From an uncultured Myxococcaceae bacterium (GTDB lineage: Bacteria > Myxococcota_A > Polyangia > Polyangiales > Ga0077539): a stretch of DNA of 64,000 nucleotides. Under the pieces are notes generated by a model that was not told where the DNA came from, ran no database searches, and saw only the letters and a list, made by a program, of their open reading frames with translations. The stretch is from NCBI GenBank assembly GCA_966211675.1, contig CBIHPK010000007.1, forward strand, positions 24,086-88,085. Reading direction: 5' to 3'. Shown in pieces: positions 22,813 to 32,280 of the stretch (within the stretch, counting starts at the first letter, position 1; the number at the start of each line of letters is the position of its first letter). The position numbers and the translations under genes are program-made.

Positions 22813-23129
22813 CAGTTCCTCCGCGGGGGTTCTCGGTGCGGTGGTGTGTCCGCCGGCACCTTTGAATCGCGTTCGAAATCCGTGTGCGAGACCGTCGCTG
22901 GCCTCACGAACCGGCCGCATTCCTAGAGTGGGAACACGAACGGCCAAGTTCAAGAGAGAGCCGACTTGTAAACGCGACCGGCGCTTCGAACAACCCCCCC
23001 GGGTCAACTTTGCGGTGTCGATGTCGGTCGGTGGACGCCACCGTGGGGCCGCGCAGACCCTCCACCCGAGACGAGCCTTGACCCCTGCGCCTACGGTGAG
23101 AGTCTCCGCCGCCGCGAGGCAGAAGACCT

Positions 23130-24359
23130 ATGACTGAAGCACGATCTCTCGACGCCCGACTGCATCACCCGCTGCCCGAGCTCCCCGACGCCGCGGTGAC
23201 GCTCTCGGAAATTTCATCGCTGCGCGCGGCCGGGGTCGCTGCGGGCATCAAAGCCAGCGGTCGCCCGGACGTCGCGCTGCTCGTCGCCGACGCGCCCGTC
23301 GCGTGCGCGGGCATCTTCACGCAGAACCTCTTCCCCGCGGCGCCCGTCGTCGTGAGCCGAGAGCACCTGCGCGCGAGCGGCGGGATGATCCGCGCGGTGG
23401 TGGTGAACAGCGGCAACGCCAACGCGTGCACCGGCGAGCAGGGCCTCGCGGACGCCCGAGAGATGTGCGACCGCGTCGCCGCCGCCGTGGGCTGCCGCCC
23501 CGAGGAGGTGCTCGTGTGCAGCACCGGGGTGATCGGCCACGCGCTCCCGATGGAGCGGGTGCGCGCGGGCATCGACCAGTGCGTCGCCGCGCTCTCCTCC
23601 GATCGAGAGGCGGGCCGGCGCTTCCTCCAGGCCATCATGACCACCGACGCGTTTCCGAAGGAGCACGGGCTCGCCCTCGCCGGCGCTCGCATCGCGGGGG
23701 TGTGCAAGGGCGCGGGGATGATCCACCCCGACATGGCCACGATGCTGGCCTTCGTCGCGACGGACGCCCGCGCCACGCCCGAAGAGCTGCGGTCGGCCAT
23801 CGGAGACATCGCCTCTCGCAGCTTCAACGCCGTGCACGTCGACACGCATCCGAGCACCAACGACACCTTCCTGCTCCTCGCGACGGGGCGCGGTGAGGCG
23901 GGCTTCGCGGGCGTGACGCGCGAGGTCACGGACGTCGCCGGCCACCTGGCGTGGCTCATCGCGCGCGACGGCGAAGGGGCCACCAAGGTCACGACCATCC
24001 AGGTCACCGGCGCGCGCGACCACGCCGCCGCGAGGGACGTCGCGGACACCGTGGCGCACAGCGCCCTCGTGCGCACGGCCCTCTTCGGCAACGACCCCAA
24101 CTGGGGTCGCTTCGTCTCGCAGGTGGGCAACTCGAAGGCGGTGCGCAGCGTCGCCGGGCTGCGGTGCGCCCTTCAGGGGGTGACGGTCTTCGAGCACGAC
24201 GCCCCGACGGCCTTCGACCGCGCGGCCCTCTCGGCCGCGATGCGCGCGGAGAACCTCGTGCTGGAGATCGCCCTCGCGGAGGGCGACGGCGCGGCGATGC
24301 TGATGACCAGCGACCTCGGGTACCGCTACGTCGAGGTCAACGCCGAGTACACGACGTGA
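23130..24359 (+). CDS. argJ: Bifunctional glutamate N-acetyltransferase / amino-acid acetyltransferase ArgJ
   Basis: 409 aa. GIKASGRPDVALL, NSGNANACTG, TTDAFPKE, self-cleavage site region GMIHPDMATMLAFVATDA, C-terminal YVEVNAEYTT. Confidence 0.9.
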   Translation: MTEARSLDARLHHPLPELPDAAVTLSEISSLRAAGVAAGIKASGRPDVALLVADAPVACAGIFTQNLFPAAPVVVSREHLRASGGMIRAVVVNSGNANACTGEQGLADAREMCDRVAAAVGCRPEEVLVCSTGVIGHALPMERVRAGIDQCVAALSSDREAGRRFLQAIMTTDAFPKEHGLALAGARIAGVCKGAGMIHPDMATMLAFVATDARATPEELRSAIGDIASRSFNAVHVDTHPSTNDTFLLLATGRGEAGFAGVTREVTDVAGHLAWLIARDGEGATKVTTIQVTGARDHAAARDVADTVAHSALVRTALFGNDPNWGRFVSQVGNSKAVRSVAGLRCALQGVTVFEHDAPTAFDRAALSAAMRAENLVLEIALAEGDGAAMLMTSDLGYRYVEVNAEYTT

Positions 24360-24366
24360 CCGGCGC

Positions 24367-25218
24367 TCACCACTTGTAGAAGCCCTCGCCGGTCTTCTTC
24401 CCGAGCTTGCCCGCGCGCACCATCTGCCGCAGCAGCGGGGGAGCGCGAAACTGCTCCCCCAGCTCGCGGTGCAGGTGGTCGAGGATCGCCAGCCGCACGT
24501 CGAGCCCGACCAGGTCCGTGAGCCGGAGCGGGCCCATCGGGTGCCGGTAGCCCAGCTCCATGGCGCGGTCGATGTCCTCGGCGCTGGCCACACCCTGCTC
24601 CAGCATCCGGATGGCCTCGGCGCCGAGCGCCACGCCCAGCCGGCTGGTCGCGAAGCCCGGCATGTCGCGCACCACGATGGGCGTCTTGGCGAGCTTCGCC
24701 GCGAAGGCCAGCGCGCGGTCGATGCTGGCCTCGGCGGTGCGCACTCCGCGCACGATCTCGAGCAGCTCCATCACCGGAACCGGGTTGAAGAAGTGCAGCC
24801 CCACGAGCCTCGACGGGTCGCGCAGCGAAGCCCCGAGCTCGGTGATGGAGAGCGACGAGGTGTTGGACCCGAGCAGCGCCGTCGACGGCGCGAGCGCGTC
24901 GACCCGCTGGAGCAGCTCGCGCTTGAGCTCGATGCGCTCGGGCACCGCCTCGATGACCACGTCCGCCGCCTCGACCGCCGCGCCCAGGTCGCCGCCCCAC
25001 TCGATGCGGCCGAGCGCCTCGTCGCGCTGCGCCGCGGAGAGCTTCGCCTTGGCGACCATCCGGTCGAGCGAGTCCCGAACGCCCTTGAGCCCCTTCTCCC
25101 GCGCCCCCTCCGAGGGGTCGCTCACGTGGACGCTCAACCCGACGGCGGCGCACACCTGCGCGATGCCGTGACCCATGGTGCCCGCGCCGAGCACCGCAAC
25201 CTTCGTCGTCTCGCTCAT
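24367..25218 (-). CDS. 3-hydroxyacyl/3-hydroxybutyryl-CoA dehydrogenase
   Basis: 283-aa tail of artefact ORF 24367..26913, starting at MSETTKVAVLGAGTMGHGIA (Rossmann fold). SNTSSLSITEL, HFFNPVPVMELLEIV, GFATSRL, GYRHPMGPLRLTDLVGLD. Confidence 0.9.
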   Translation of the reverse strand: MSETTKVAVLGAGTMGHGIAQVCAAVGLSVHVSDPSEGAREKGLKGVRDSLDRMVAKAKLSAAQRDEALGRIEWGGDLGAAVEAADVVIEAVPERIELKRELLQRVDALAPSTALLGSNTSSLSITELGASLRDPSRLVGLHFFNPVPVMELLEIVRGVRTAEASIDRALAFAAKLAKTPIVVRDMPGFATSRLGVALGAEAIRMLEQGVASAEDIDRAMELGYRHPMGPLRLTDLVGLDVRLAILDHLHRELGEQFRAPPLLRQMVRAGKLGKKTGEGFYKW

Positions 25219-25232
25219 CGCGGGCGTTGATA

Positions 25233-26477
25233 TCACATCGCCCGGGAGGCCCGCCGCACCCGCCGCGCCGCCTCCTGGGTCGCCGCTCCGCCGAACGCCA
25301 GCACCGCTCGCGCCGCCTCCGCGGAGCCGGCGCGATCGCCCTCGCGGAGCCTCCAGGCCGAGAGCGCGAGCCCTGCGTTGGCCTCGATCACGTCGAGCTC
25401 CCCCGTCGCCCGCCGACGGTCGTCGGGAGCCACCGTCGCGAGCTCGGAGAGCAGTGCGCCCAGCTCCACCCCGGGCCGGTCGGCGCCCCAGCGCGGCGGC
25501 AGCGCGAGCCATGTGACCGCGAGCGTCCAGCGCAGCCGGAGCCGCTCGATGAGGTCGGACGCCTGCGCGGCGTCGATCGTCCGCAGGGCCCCGAGGCGAG
25601 GCACCAGCGCGAGGGCTCCGTCGCCCGAGCGAGCGATGGCCATCGCCTCGACGCACCAGCCCAGCGCCGCCGCCAGGGCCGCGCCGGGCGCGCCGGGCTG
25701 CACCCGCGACAGCGCCGTCTGCGCGTCGCCCCAGCGCCTCGAACGCATCGCCGCCACGGCGCGAGCTACCGAGCTCCAGCCTCCCTCCTCCGGCAGCCAC
25801 GACGGCGGCGCGGAGAGCATCACCCCCAGCCGGGCGCGCTCCTCGTGCGCTTCGAGGTCCCCGCCCGATGGCGCCTGGTCGAGCACCGACGCGCGCAGCA
25901 CGCCGCCCTCCAACCGCCTCGGATCGATCGGCAGCCACGCTGCCAGACGAGCGCTCGCCGTGGCCTCCAGCGCCTCCCGGGCCACGGTCACCCTCGCGAG
26001 TTCCTCGCGCTCGACCCAGCGCGCGGCCAGCTCGTCGAGCCACGCGGTCGGGTCGAGCGCAGCCCCCGCCACGAGCGCGTCCGGATCGACCCGCGAGAGC
26101 CCCGCGTCGATCATTGCCACCACCGCGTCGAGGGGCACCGGAACGGGCACGCGAGGGCGCTCCGTCGAGGAGCCCGACCGGTCGCCGAGCACCCATCGGG
26201 TGAGCGTCGAGCAGTCCTCGGGACCGGCGTGCGCGAGCGGCCCGGAGAGCCAGCGCTGGGCCTGCGCGAGCGAGCCTCCCGCGTCGCGGATCGCCCTCAC
26301 CCGCGCCACCGCGGCCTGGTGCTCCGGACCGTACCAGGAGAGCGTCGCGGCGCTCTTCTCGGGCGCCGGGACCAGGCCGAGCTCGACGTAGTGGTGCACC
26401 TGGTCGCGCGTCACCCCGAGCGCTCGCTCGAGCTCGCCGATCTTCAGGTGTCGACGGCCGGGCCGACCGGTCGCCAT
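25233..26477 (-). CDS. MerR-family HTH regulator with a 330-aa uncharacterised Ala/Leu/Arg-rich C-terminal domain
   Basis: 414 aa. N-terminal LKIGELERALGVTRDQVHHYVELGLV is a MerR-type HTH. I do not recognise the rest. It sits between the lipid kinase (3-nt gap) and the dehydrogenase (14-nt gap). Confidence 0.65.
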   Translation of the reverse strand: MATGRPGRRHLKIGELERALGVTRDQVHHYVELGLVPAPEKSAATLSWYGPEHQAAVARVRAIRDAGGSLAQAQRWLSGPLAHAGPEDCSTLTRWVLGDRSGSSTERPRVPVPVPLDAVVAMIDAGLSRVDPDALVAGAALDPTAWLDELAARWVEREELARVTVAREALEATASARLAAWLPIDPRRLEGGVLRASVLDQAPSGGDLEAHEERARLGVMLSAPPSWLPEEGGWSSVARAVAAMRSRRWGDAQTALSRVQPGAPGAALAAALGWCVEAMAIARSGDGALALVPRLGALRTIDAAQASDLIERLRLRWTLAVTWLALPPRWGADRPGVELGALLSELATVAPDDRRRATGELDVIEANAGLALSAWRLREGDRAGSAEAARAVLAFGGAATQEAARRVRRASRAM

Positions 26478-26480
26478 GGA

Positions 26481-27428
26481 TCAGGGCGCTCGCAGCACGC
26501 GCACGGCGCCGGGCAGCACCGACATGCGGGCGGGCAGCGTCCCCGGGGTCTCGCCGTCGATGTCCAGCGGAACATCCCCGTCGGTGCTCTCGATCTCGAT
26601 CACCTTCCCACGGGAGGAGATCACCTTGGGCTCGCCGAGGTGCGTGCCCTTGTAGATCTTGGGGAAGTTCTGCAGCACGTCGGCGAGGCCCAGGTCGCCG
26701 AGGCCGACCACCTCGAAGAGGCCGTCCGACTGGTCGGCGTCGGGAGCCATGATCATGCCGCCGCCGAAAGAGCGGCCGTTGCAGACCGCGAAGGTCATCG
26801 CCTTGCCCTCGTGCACCAGCTCCCCGTCGACGCGCACCCGCATCGGGCGGTGGTGCCATCCGGCGATCGCCCGGCCGGTCGCGACCATGTAGCTGGCCTT
26901 GCCGGTGAGCCATCGGGGACCCGCGGCCACCAGCTCATCGACCCGCCCGGAGATGCCGCAGCTCGCGATGTTGGTGAAGAGCATCCGCGCGCGCTTGCCG
27001 TCGCGGTCGAGGTACTCGAGCAGGCCCAGGTCGAAGGGCCGCGGGGTCGCGGCGGCCAGCCAGCGAGCCAGCTCCTTCGAGCCGGAGGGCACGGCCAGAG
27101 CGCGCGCCCCGAGGTCGCTCCCGGTGCCGGCCGGGACCACCGCGAAGACCGTCTCCCCCGTCGGCATCACCGAGCCGTCGTCGCGCAGCAGCGCGTTCAT
27201 GGCGTCGTGGAAGGTTCCGTCTCCGCCCATCACCGCGACCGTCGGTGCGCCCCGATCGACCAGCGAGCGCATGGTCTCGACGAGCTGACCCTTGCTCCCC
27301 GTGCGGTGCACCGAGACCTCGAAGCCCTCGGCCTGGAGCGCTCTCGAATACTCCCCGAGCACCCTCCCCGCGCGACCGCCGCCCGCCGCCGGGTTCACCA
27401 CCAGTTCCAACGATCGTCCCGTCGCCAC
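26481..27428 (-). CDS. Diacylglycerol-kinase-family lipid kinase (YegS/BmrU-like)
   Basis: 315 aa. LELVVNPAAGGGRAG, VAVMGGDGTFHDAMNAL, VVPAGTGSDLGRAL-like block, NIASCGISG. Confidence 0.8.
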   Translation of the reverse strand: MATGRSLELVVNPAAGGGRAGRVLGEYSRALQAEGFEVSVHRTGSKGQLVETMRSLVDRGAPTVAVMGGDGTFHDAMNALLRDDGSVMPTGETVFAVVPAGTGSDLGARALAVPSGSKELARWLAAATPRPFDLGLLEYLDRDGKRARMLFTNIASCGISGRVDELVAAGPRWLTGKASYMVATGRAIAGWHHRPMRVRVDGELVHEGKAMTFAVCNGRSFGGGMIMAPDADQSDGLFEVVGLGDLGLADVLQNFPKIYKGTHLGEPKVISSRGKVIEIESTDGDVPLDIDGETPGTLPARMSVLPGAVRVLRAP

Positions 27429-27443
27429 GCCGCGCGTCTCCTC

Positions 27444-28559
27444 TCAGCCCGCGTCGTCCGCCACGCCCAGCGACCGCGCGATCCAGTCGGCCAGATCGTC
27501 GGCGCGAACCCCGGCCTTGCGCAACTGAGATCGGCTCGACGTGCAGCTCGTGACCACCGCGATGTCGGCCCCGACCTCGCGCACCTCGGCGGCGAGGTCC
27601 GCCGCGATCGCCCTCGAGGTCGCCGGTCGAGTGATGGGGAGCAGCCCCCCCGCGCCGCTGCAGCTCGACTGCTCGCGCGACGAGGGCAGCTCCACGGTGG
27701 GGCGCCCGAGGATCCGCTGCATCACCTCGCGGGGCGCGTCGTACACGCCGAGCCCTCGGCCCAGCCGGCAGCTGTCGTGCACCGCGACGGCCCCTTCGAC
27801 CGCCACCGGCCGGAGGCGATCGAGCCTGCGGGCGGCCGTCTCCGCGAGGTGCTCGACCCGGGTCCAACGCTCCGGAGCGAGGCCGAAGCGGGGGTAGAGC
27901 ACCCGCAGCGTGAAGGCGCAGCCCGCGTCCGCGACGACCAGCTCGGAGGCGTCGGCGCCGACCGCGGCCACGAAGCGCTCGGCCTGCTGGAAGAAGCCCT
28001 CGCGATCGCCCGCGTCCCAGAGCGGAGCGCCGCAGCACTCGCCCCCGACGGCGTGGCAGCCGCCGGAGAGCGCGCCCACCGAGCGCAGCGTCCGCCGCGC
28101 GCCGGACGGGTCTTCGCTCACCGCACGACACCCCGGGACCACCGCCACGCCAGTGCCCGACCCCACGAGGCCAGCGGCGGTGGCGGCGGCCTGGAGCTTC
28201 GCGCGGCGAGGCTCCCAGCTCGCGACCAGACGGGCCACGGGCTCCGGGGCGATACGGTTGGCGAGCGCGTCGGCGCGTCCGTCGTAGAGCGTGTCGACCA
28301 CGGGGTTGTCGAGCAGGCAGAGGGTGCGGCAGCGACCGCATCCGGTGCAGGCCCAGGCCATCGCGGCGCGGGAGGATTCTGCCGCGGGTTCGATGTCGCG
28401 AAGGAGCTCGTCCATCGCCCGCATCTTCCCCCACGGGGTGACGGTCTCGCGGCCCTCGACGGTCGAGACGGGACACGCCGGGCGGCAGAGTTTCGGGCAG
28501 TAGGTGCACCGATTGGTGGCCTCGGCGCGACCCTCCAGCAACGGGAGCCGTCTGTTCAT
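27444..28559 (-). CDS. (Fe-S)-binding oxidoreductase subunit, GlpC/HdrD-like (2x 4Fe-4S Cys motifs plus CCG domains)
   Basis: I chose ATG M55 (MNRRLPLLEG) in ORF 27444..28721. CTYCPKLCRPACPV and CTGCGRCRTLC ferredoxin-type motifs. Later CCG-like blocks: VVPGCR, ECCGAP, DSCRL, SCSGAGG. Confidence 0.7.
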   Translation of the reverse strand: MNRRLPLLEGRAEATNRCTYCPKLCRPACPVSTVEGRETVTPWGKMRAMDELLRDIEPAAESSRAAMAWACTGCGRCRTLCLLDNPVVDTLYDGRADALANRIAPEPVARLVASWEPRRAKLQAAATAAGLVGSGTGVAVVPGCRAVSEDPSGARRTLRSVGALSGGCHAVGGECCGAPLWDAGDREGFFQQAERFVAAVGADASELVVADAGCAFTLRVLYPRFGLAPERWTRVEHLAETAARRLDRLRPVAVEGAVAVHDSCRLGRGLGVYDAPREVMQRILGRPTVELPSSREQSSCSGAGGLLPITRPATSRAIAADLAAEVREVGADIAVVTSCTSSRSQLRKAGVRADDLADWIARSLGVADDAG

Positions 28560-28694
28560 GGACTGCGTGGGTAGCACGTCCGCTGCGCCGGTTGGGCGTC
28601 GGCCTCGCGGCGCTTCTCTGGGTGAAGCAACGTGACCTTCCCTCGCGGTGTGGGGTAAGCTGAACGTCAATCTCACGTTTGGGGTACTGGCAGG

Positions 28695-30815
28695 GTGTCG
28701 GCCGCGACCACAGCAGAACAATCACGCATCGGTTCGACGGTCGCGGGGCGCTACAAGCTCGTTCGCGTGCTCGGCCGTGGCGGCATGGGCATGGTCTACG
28801 AGGCCGAGCTCGTGGGATCGCTGCGGCACGTCGCCATCAAGGTGATGCACCCGGAGAGTCAGGCCGACGGCGACAACGTCCGGCGCTTCGTCAACGAGGC
28901 GCTGGCGGCGGCCCGGGTGCGCCACCCCAACGTGGTCGAGGTGCTGGACGCGGGAGAAGACCCGGACGACGGCTCGCTCTTCATCGTCCTCGAGCTGCTC
29001 ACGGGCATCGACCTCGCGACCTACCTGCTGCGCTACGACAAGCTCCTGCCGGGCGAGACGCTGACCGTGGTCTGCCAGGTGCTCCAGGCCCTGATCGTCG
29101 CCCACCGCGAGAACATCGTGCACCGGGACATCAAGCCCGAGAACGTGTTCCTGGCGCGTCGGCCGAGCGGCGAGACGCACGTGAAGATCGTGGACTTCGG
29201 CATCTCGAAGATCCTCGACCCGGAGAAGGAGATCTCGCTCTCCATCACCCGCGCCAACACCACCGTCGGCACGCCCCACTACATGTCCCCCGAGCAGGCG
29301 CGCGGCGAGCAGATCGACCCTCGCGCCGACATCTGGGCGCTCGGCGTCGTGATGTACGAGTGCCTCACCGGCGAGCTCCCCTTCGACGGAGAGAACTACA
29401 ACCAGCAGATCCTCGCGGTGGTCACCGAGGAGCACAAGCGGGCGACGGAGCTCGGCATCGAGGCCGGGCTGTCCGCCCTCATCGACCGCTGCCTCGAGAA
29501 GGACCGCACCTCCCGCTTCGCCAGCGCCGCCGACATGCTCCAGGAAATCGGCGCCTACCTCGCGGAGCACCCCGAGGTCGCGGTGCGCCCGTCGCTGCTG
29601 CGCATCCCCGGTCCTGAGGAGTTTCCCACCGCGCGGCCCGATGACCCGACCACGCAGCACGAGATCGCCCCGGGCATCGACCGCATGCGGGACACGGTCG
29701 AGGACCTCACCGAGGACGCGCAGCCCGCGGCGGCCGATGACTTCGCCGGGCCGCTCTCCATCCGCCCGGTGTTCCCGGGCATGGTTCGCATCGACGACGA
29801 GAACGCCGCCGACAGCGCGCCGACCCGGGTGCACGCCGTCAAGGTGAGCGCCGTCGTCGAGGGCGGAGCCGCCCCGGTCCCGCTCTCTCAGCGCCCCGGC
29901 TACCAGCGCTTCGAGTCCTCGCGCCCGGGGGTCTTCCGCGCTCCGTCGCTGCCGCCGCTGCCGCCCCCGCCGCGCCTTCCGCTGATCGAGACCACCCCGG
30001 GCGGTACGCTCCTGCCGCCCTCGCCCGTCACCGCCGCGGTCGAGCTCACGCCCCAGGGCGCCGTGCTCCCCGTCGAAGACGTCGCGCGCCCCTCCCTCCC
30101 CGCGTATCCCCGATCACGGCGCTGGCTCTTCCTGTCCGCGGCCTTCCTCTCGGGCCTGCTCGTGGCGCTGGGCGTGGTCACGCTGAGCCGCCTCCGAGAC
30201 CGCCCCCGCCCGGTCGCGCCGCTCAACATCCGTCTGCGCCTGCTCGGCATGCGCGACGACGCCCGCCCGGTCATCGGCGGCGTCCGGTACTTCTCCAACG
30301 AGGCCTACGTCCCGCGCGCCTCGCGCCCGCTCCGCATCCGGGTCGAGGCCGACGGCTTCGAGTCCATCGAGGTCACCGTCGTCCCCGACCGCGACCGCGA
30401 CCTCGTCCTCCCTCCCATGCAGCGCGTGCCCGTCGCGCCCGCAGCCCCGGTCGTCGTCGCCCCCCGCCCGCAGCCCGCTCCCGCGGCGCACGTGACTCCC
30501 GCCGTGGCGCCCCCTTCGGTCGAAGCCCCAGCGCGCCCTCGCGTCGCGGCCGCCCCGGCGCTCCCCACCTCGGTCGGCCCGGGCCTCGCGCAGGCGACCG
30601 CGGCCCCGACCCTCCCCGAGCTCGCCGTGGGCTCGACGCCCCGCTGTCGCGTGCTCGTCGACGGACACCCGGTGGGCCAGACCCCGCTCTTCCACCTCCG
30701 CCTCCCTGCGGGCACGCACCAGATCACCTGCGAGCGCCCCGGCGAGACCGTCGCCCGCTCCGTCGAGATCACCCCCGGCGCCCCGAGCGCGAGGGTCTTC
30801 TTCGACGAGCACTGA
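28695..30815 (+). CDS. Ser/Thr protein kinase with a single TM and PEGA-like C-terminal repeats
   Basis: 706 aa with a GTG start. Intact motifs: LGRGGMGMVY, VAIKVM, HRDIKPENVFL, DFGISK, YMSPEQ. TM WLFLSAAFLSGLLVALGVVTL. C-terminal IRVEADGFESIEVTV and CRVLVDGHPVGQTP resemble PEGA domains. Confidence 0.9.
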   Translation: MSAATTAEQSRIGSTVAGRYKLVRVLGRGGMGMVYEAELVGSLRHVAIKVMHPESQADGDNVRRFVNEALAAARVRHPNVVEVLDAGEDPDDGSLFIVLELLTGIDLATYLLRYDKLLPGETLTVVCQVLQALIVAHRENIVHRDIKPENVFLARRPSGETHVKIVDFGISKILDPEKEISLSITRANTTVGTPHYMSPEQARGEQIDPRADIWALGVVMYECLTGELPFDGENYNQQILAVVTEEHKRATELGIEAGLSALIDRCLEKDRTSRFASAADMLQEIGAYLAEHPEVAVRPSLLRIPGPEEFPTARPDDPTTQHEIAPGIDRMRDTVEDLTEDAQPAAADDFAGPLSIRPVFPGMVRIDDENAADSAPTRVHAVKVSAVVEGGAAPVPLSQRPGYQRFESSRPGVFRAPSLPPLPPPPRLPLIETTPGGTLLPPSPVTAAVELTPQGAVLPVEDVARPSLPAYPRSRRWLFLSAAFLSGLLVALGVVTLSRLRDRPRPVAPLNIRLRLLGMRDDARPVIGGVRYFSNEAYVPRASRPLRIRVEADGFESIEVTVVPDRDRDLVLPPMQRVPVAPAAPVVVAPRPQPAPAAHVTPAVAPPSVEAPARPRVAAAPALPTSVGPGLAQATAAPTLPELAVGSTPRCRVLVDGHPVGQTPLFHLRLPAGTHQITCERPGETVARSVEITPGAPSARVFFDEH

Positions 30816-30917
30816 GGGGCCCTGCGCGAGCTCCGCGCGGCTGGCAATCCGACCTGAGCTCGGGCACCCTCCGGCCGCCCGCGCCGACCCATCGACGCGC
30901 CGCCTGGAGGAGTCCCG

Positions 30918-31541
30918 ATGACCCATCACAACCCGTGCTCCGAATCCGCCTACGAGTCCGTCGCGTTCACCGTCGAGGCCCTCGCCGCTCGCGCGGACGA
31001 CGCCGAGCTCACGAGGCTCGCGGACCGCGTGCGGGGCGTGCTCGCCGACTGGGAGAACCTCGAGGCCGCTCGCCGCGTGCTGCGCCGCGCCGCGCTCCAG
31101 TCGAGCGCCCACGTGCACGTGGCGGACGCGACGCTCGACTCGGCCCTCGCGACCTTCGCGCGCGATCTCGTCGCCCTCACCGGCAAGGACAGCAACCTCT
31201 ACCAGCGCTTCTTCCCGGAGTCGCACGAGGAGATCATCGCCATGGGCCTGGAGTCGGAGCTGCCGGTGGTGACGCTGGTCCTCGCCCAGCTCGGCGCCTC
31301 GCAGGACATCCCCGCGCAGCTCACGGCGCACACCGACGTGCTGCGCGCCGGGCTGCGACTGGGCAACGCCGCGCTCGCCAACCGCGCCGACGCGCTGGCC
31401 GAGCTCGGACGCCACGCCGCGCGCGAGGAGTCCTGGGGCGAGACCTCGCTCGCGAGCCTGGTGAGCGTGCGCCGCGCGCTGGAGAAGCTGGCCGCGGCCC
31501 GGGGGCTGCCGCTGTCGTGGATCTCCGCGTTCTTCCGCTGA
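30918..31541 (+). CDS. Hypothetical all-helical 207-aa protein
   Basis: GGAGGA lies 6 nt upstream of the ATG. GC3-rich codons. No motif recognised. Confidence 0.55.
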   Translation: MTHHNPCSESAYESVAFTVEALAARADDAELTRLADRVRGVLADWENLEAARRVLRRAALQSSAHVHVADATLDSALATFARDLVALTGKDSNLYQRFFPESHEEIIAMGLESELPVVTLVLAQLGASQDIPAQLTAHTDVLRAGLRLGNAALANRADALAELGRHAAREESWGETSLASLVSVRRALEKLAAARGLPLSWISAFFR

Positions 31542-31569
31542 CGAGGAAGGGGCCGAGCGGGGCGTAGCC

Positions 31570-32277
31570 ATGGCCGAGCGAGCGATCACCCTGCGGAGCG
31601 CGCGGATGCTCTCCCCGAAGGTCCGCGAGCTGACCTTCGACCCCGGCGAGGGCTTCCGCTTTGCCGCCGGTCAGTGGGTCTCGCTGAAGTTCCCCGAGGC
31701 CTCGTCCGAGCTGCCCCTCGCGCGCTCCTACTCCATCGCCTCGGCGCCCCGCGCGGACGGCACCTTCGACATCGCGGTCACCCGCGTGCAGCACGGCCCC
31801 GCGAGCACGCGGCTCCACGAGATGTCCGTCGGCGAGGTGCTCCAGTCCGCCGAGCCGATGGGCTTCTTCACCCTGCCTGCGAAGCTCGAGCGACCGCTCC
31901 TCCTGGTCGGGACGGGCACCGGCGTCGCCCCCTTGAGGGCGATGATCCAGTCGCTCGAAGGGGTGGCCGGGGCGCCTCCGATCACGCTGCTCTTCGGGGT
32001 GCGCCATCGGGAGGACCTCCTCTACGCCGACGAGTTCGAGGCCCTCGCCGAGCGCGACCCGCGCTTCCGCTTCGAGCCCACGCTCTCCCGCCCGGACCCC
32101 TCGTGGATCGGCCGGGTCGGGTACGTCCAGCACCACCTGCCGGAGCTGCTCGCTTCGATGCCCGAGGCCAGCGCGTTCGTCTGCGGCCTCAACGCGATGG
32201 TGCGCGACGCTCGCAAGGTGCTGCGAGAGACGCTCGGCGTCCCTCGCGACCGGGTTCACTCCGAGCGCTTCGACTGA
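31570..32277 (+). CDS. Ferredoxin-NADP reductase-type FAD/NAD(P)-binding oxidoreductase
   Basis: 235 aa. FAD-binding RSYSIAS, NAD(P)-binding LLVGTGTGVAPLRAM, C-terminal FVCGLNAMV ... SERFD. Confidence 0.8.
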   Translation: MAERAITLRSARMLSPKVRELTFDPGEGFRFAAGQWVSLKFPEASSELPLARSYSIASAPRADGTFDIAVTRVQHGPASTRLHEMSVGEVLQSAEPMGFFTLPAKLERPLLLVGTGTGVAPLRAMIQSLEGVAGAPPITLLFGVRHREDLLYADEFEALAERDPRFRFEPTLSRPDPSWIGRVGYVQHHLPELLASMPEASAFVCGLNAMVRDARKVLRETLGVPRDRVHSERFD

Positions 32278-32280
32278 GCC

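Noticed and set aside
22861-22991. GTTCGAA-containing sequences that recall a tRNA T-arm or an ARG box upstream of argJ.
   Set aside because: No complementary 5-bp stems flank a 7-nt T-loop on either strand, and there is no acceptor or anticodon structure. The ARG-box resemblance is about half a site with a GC-rich spacer. I kept it only as a low-interest regulatory observation.
25233-27428. The adjacent lipid kinase and MerR-like proteins both start with MATGR, which could hint at a duplicated 5' end.
   Set aside because: The codons differ (atggcgacgggacga versus atggcgaccggtcgg), and similarity ends after five residues. I treat it as coincidence.
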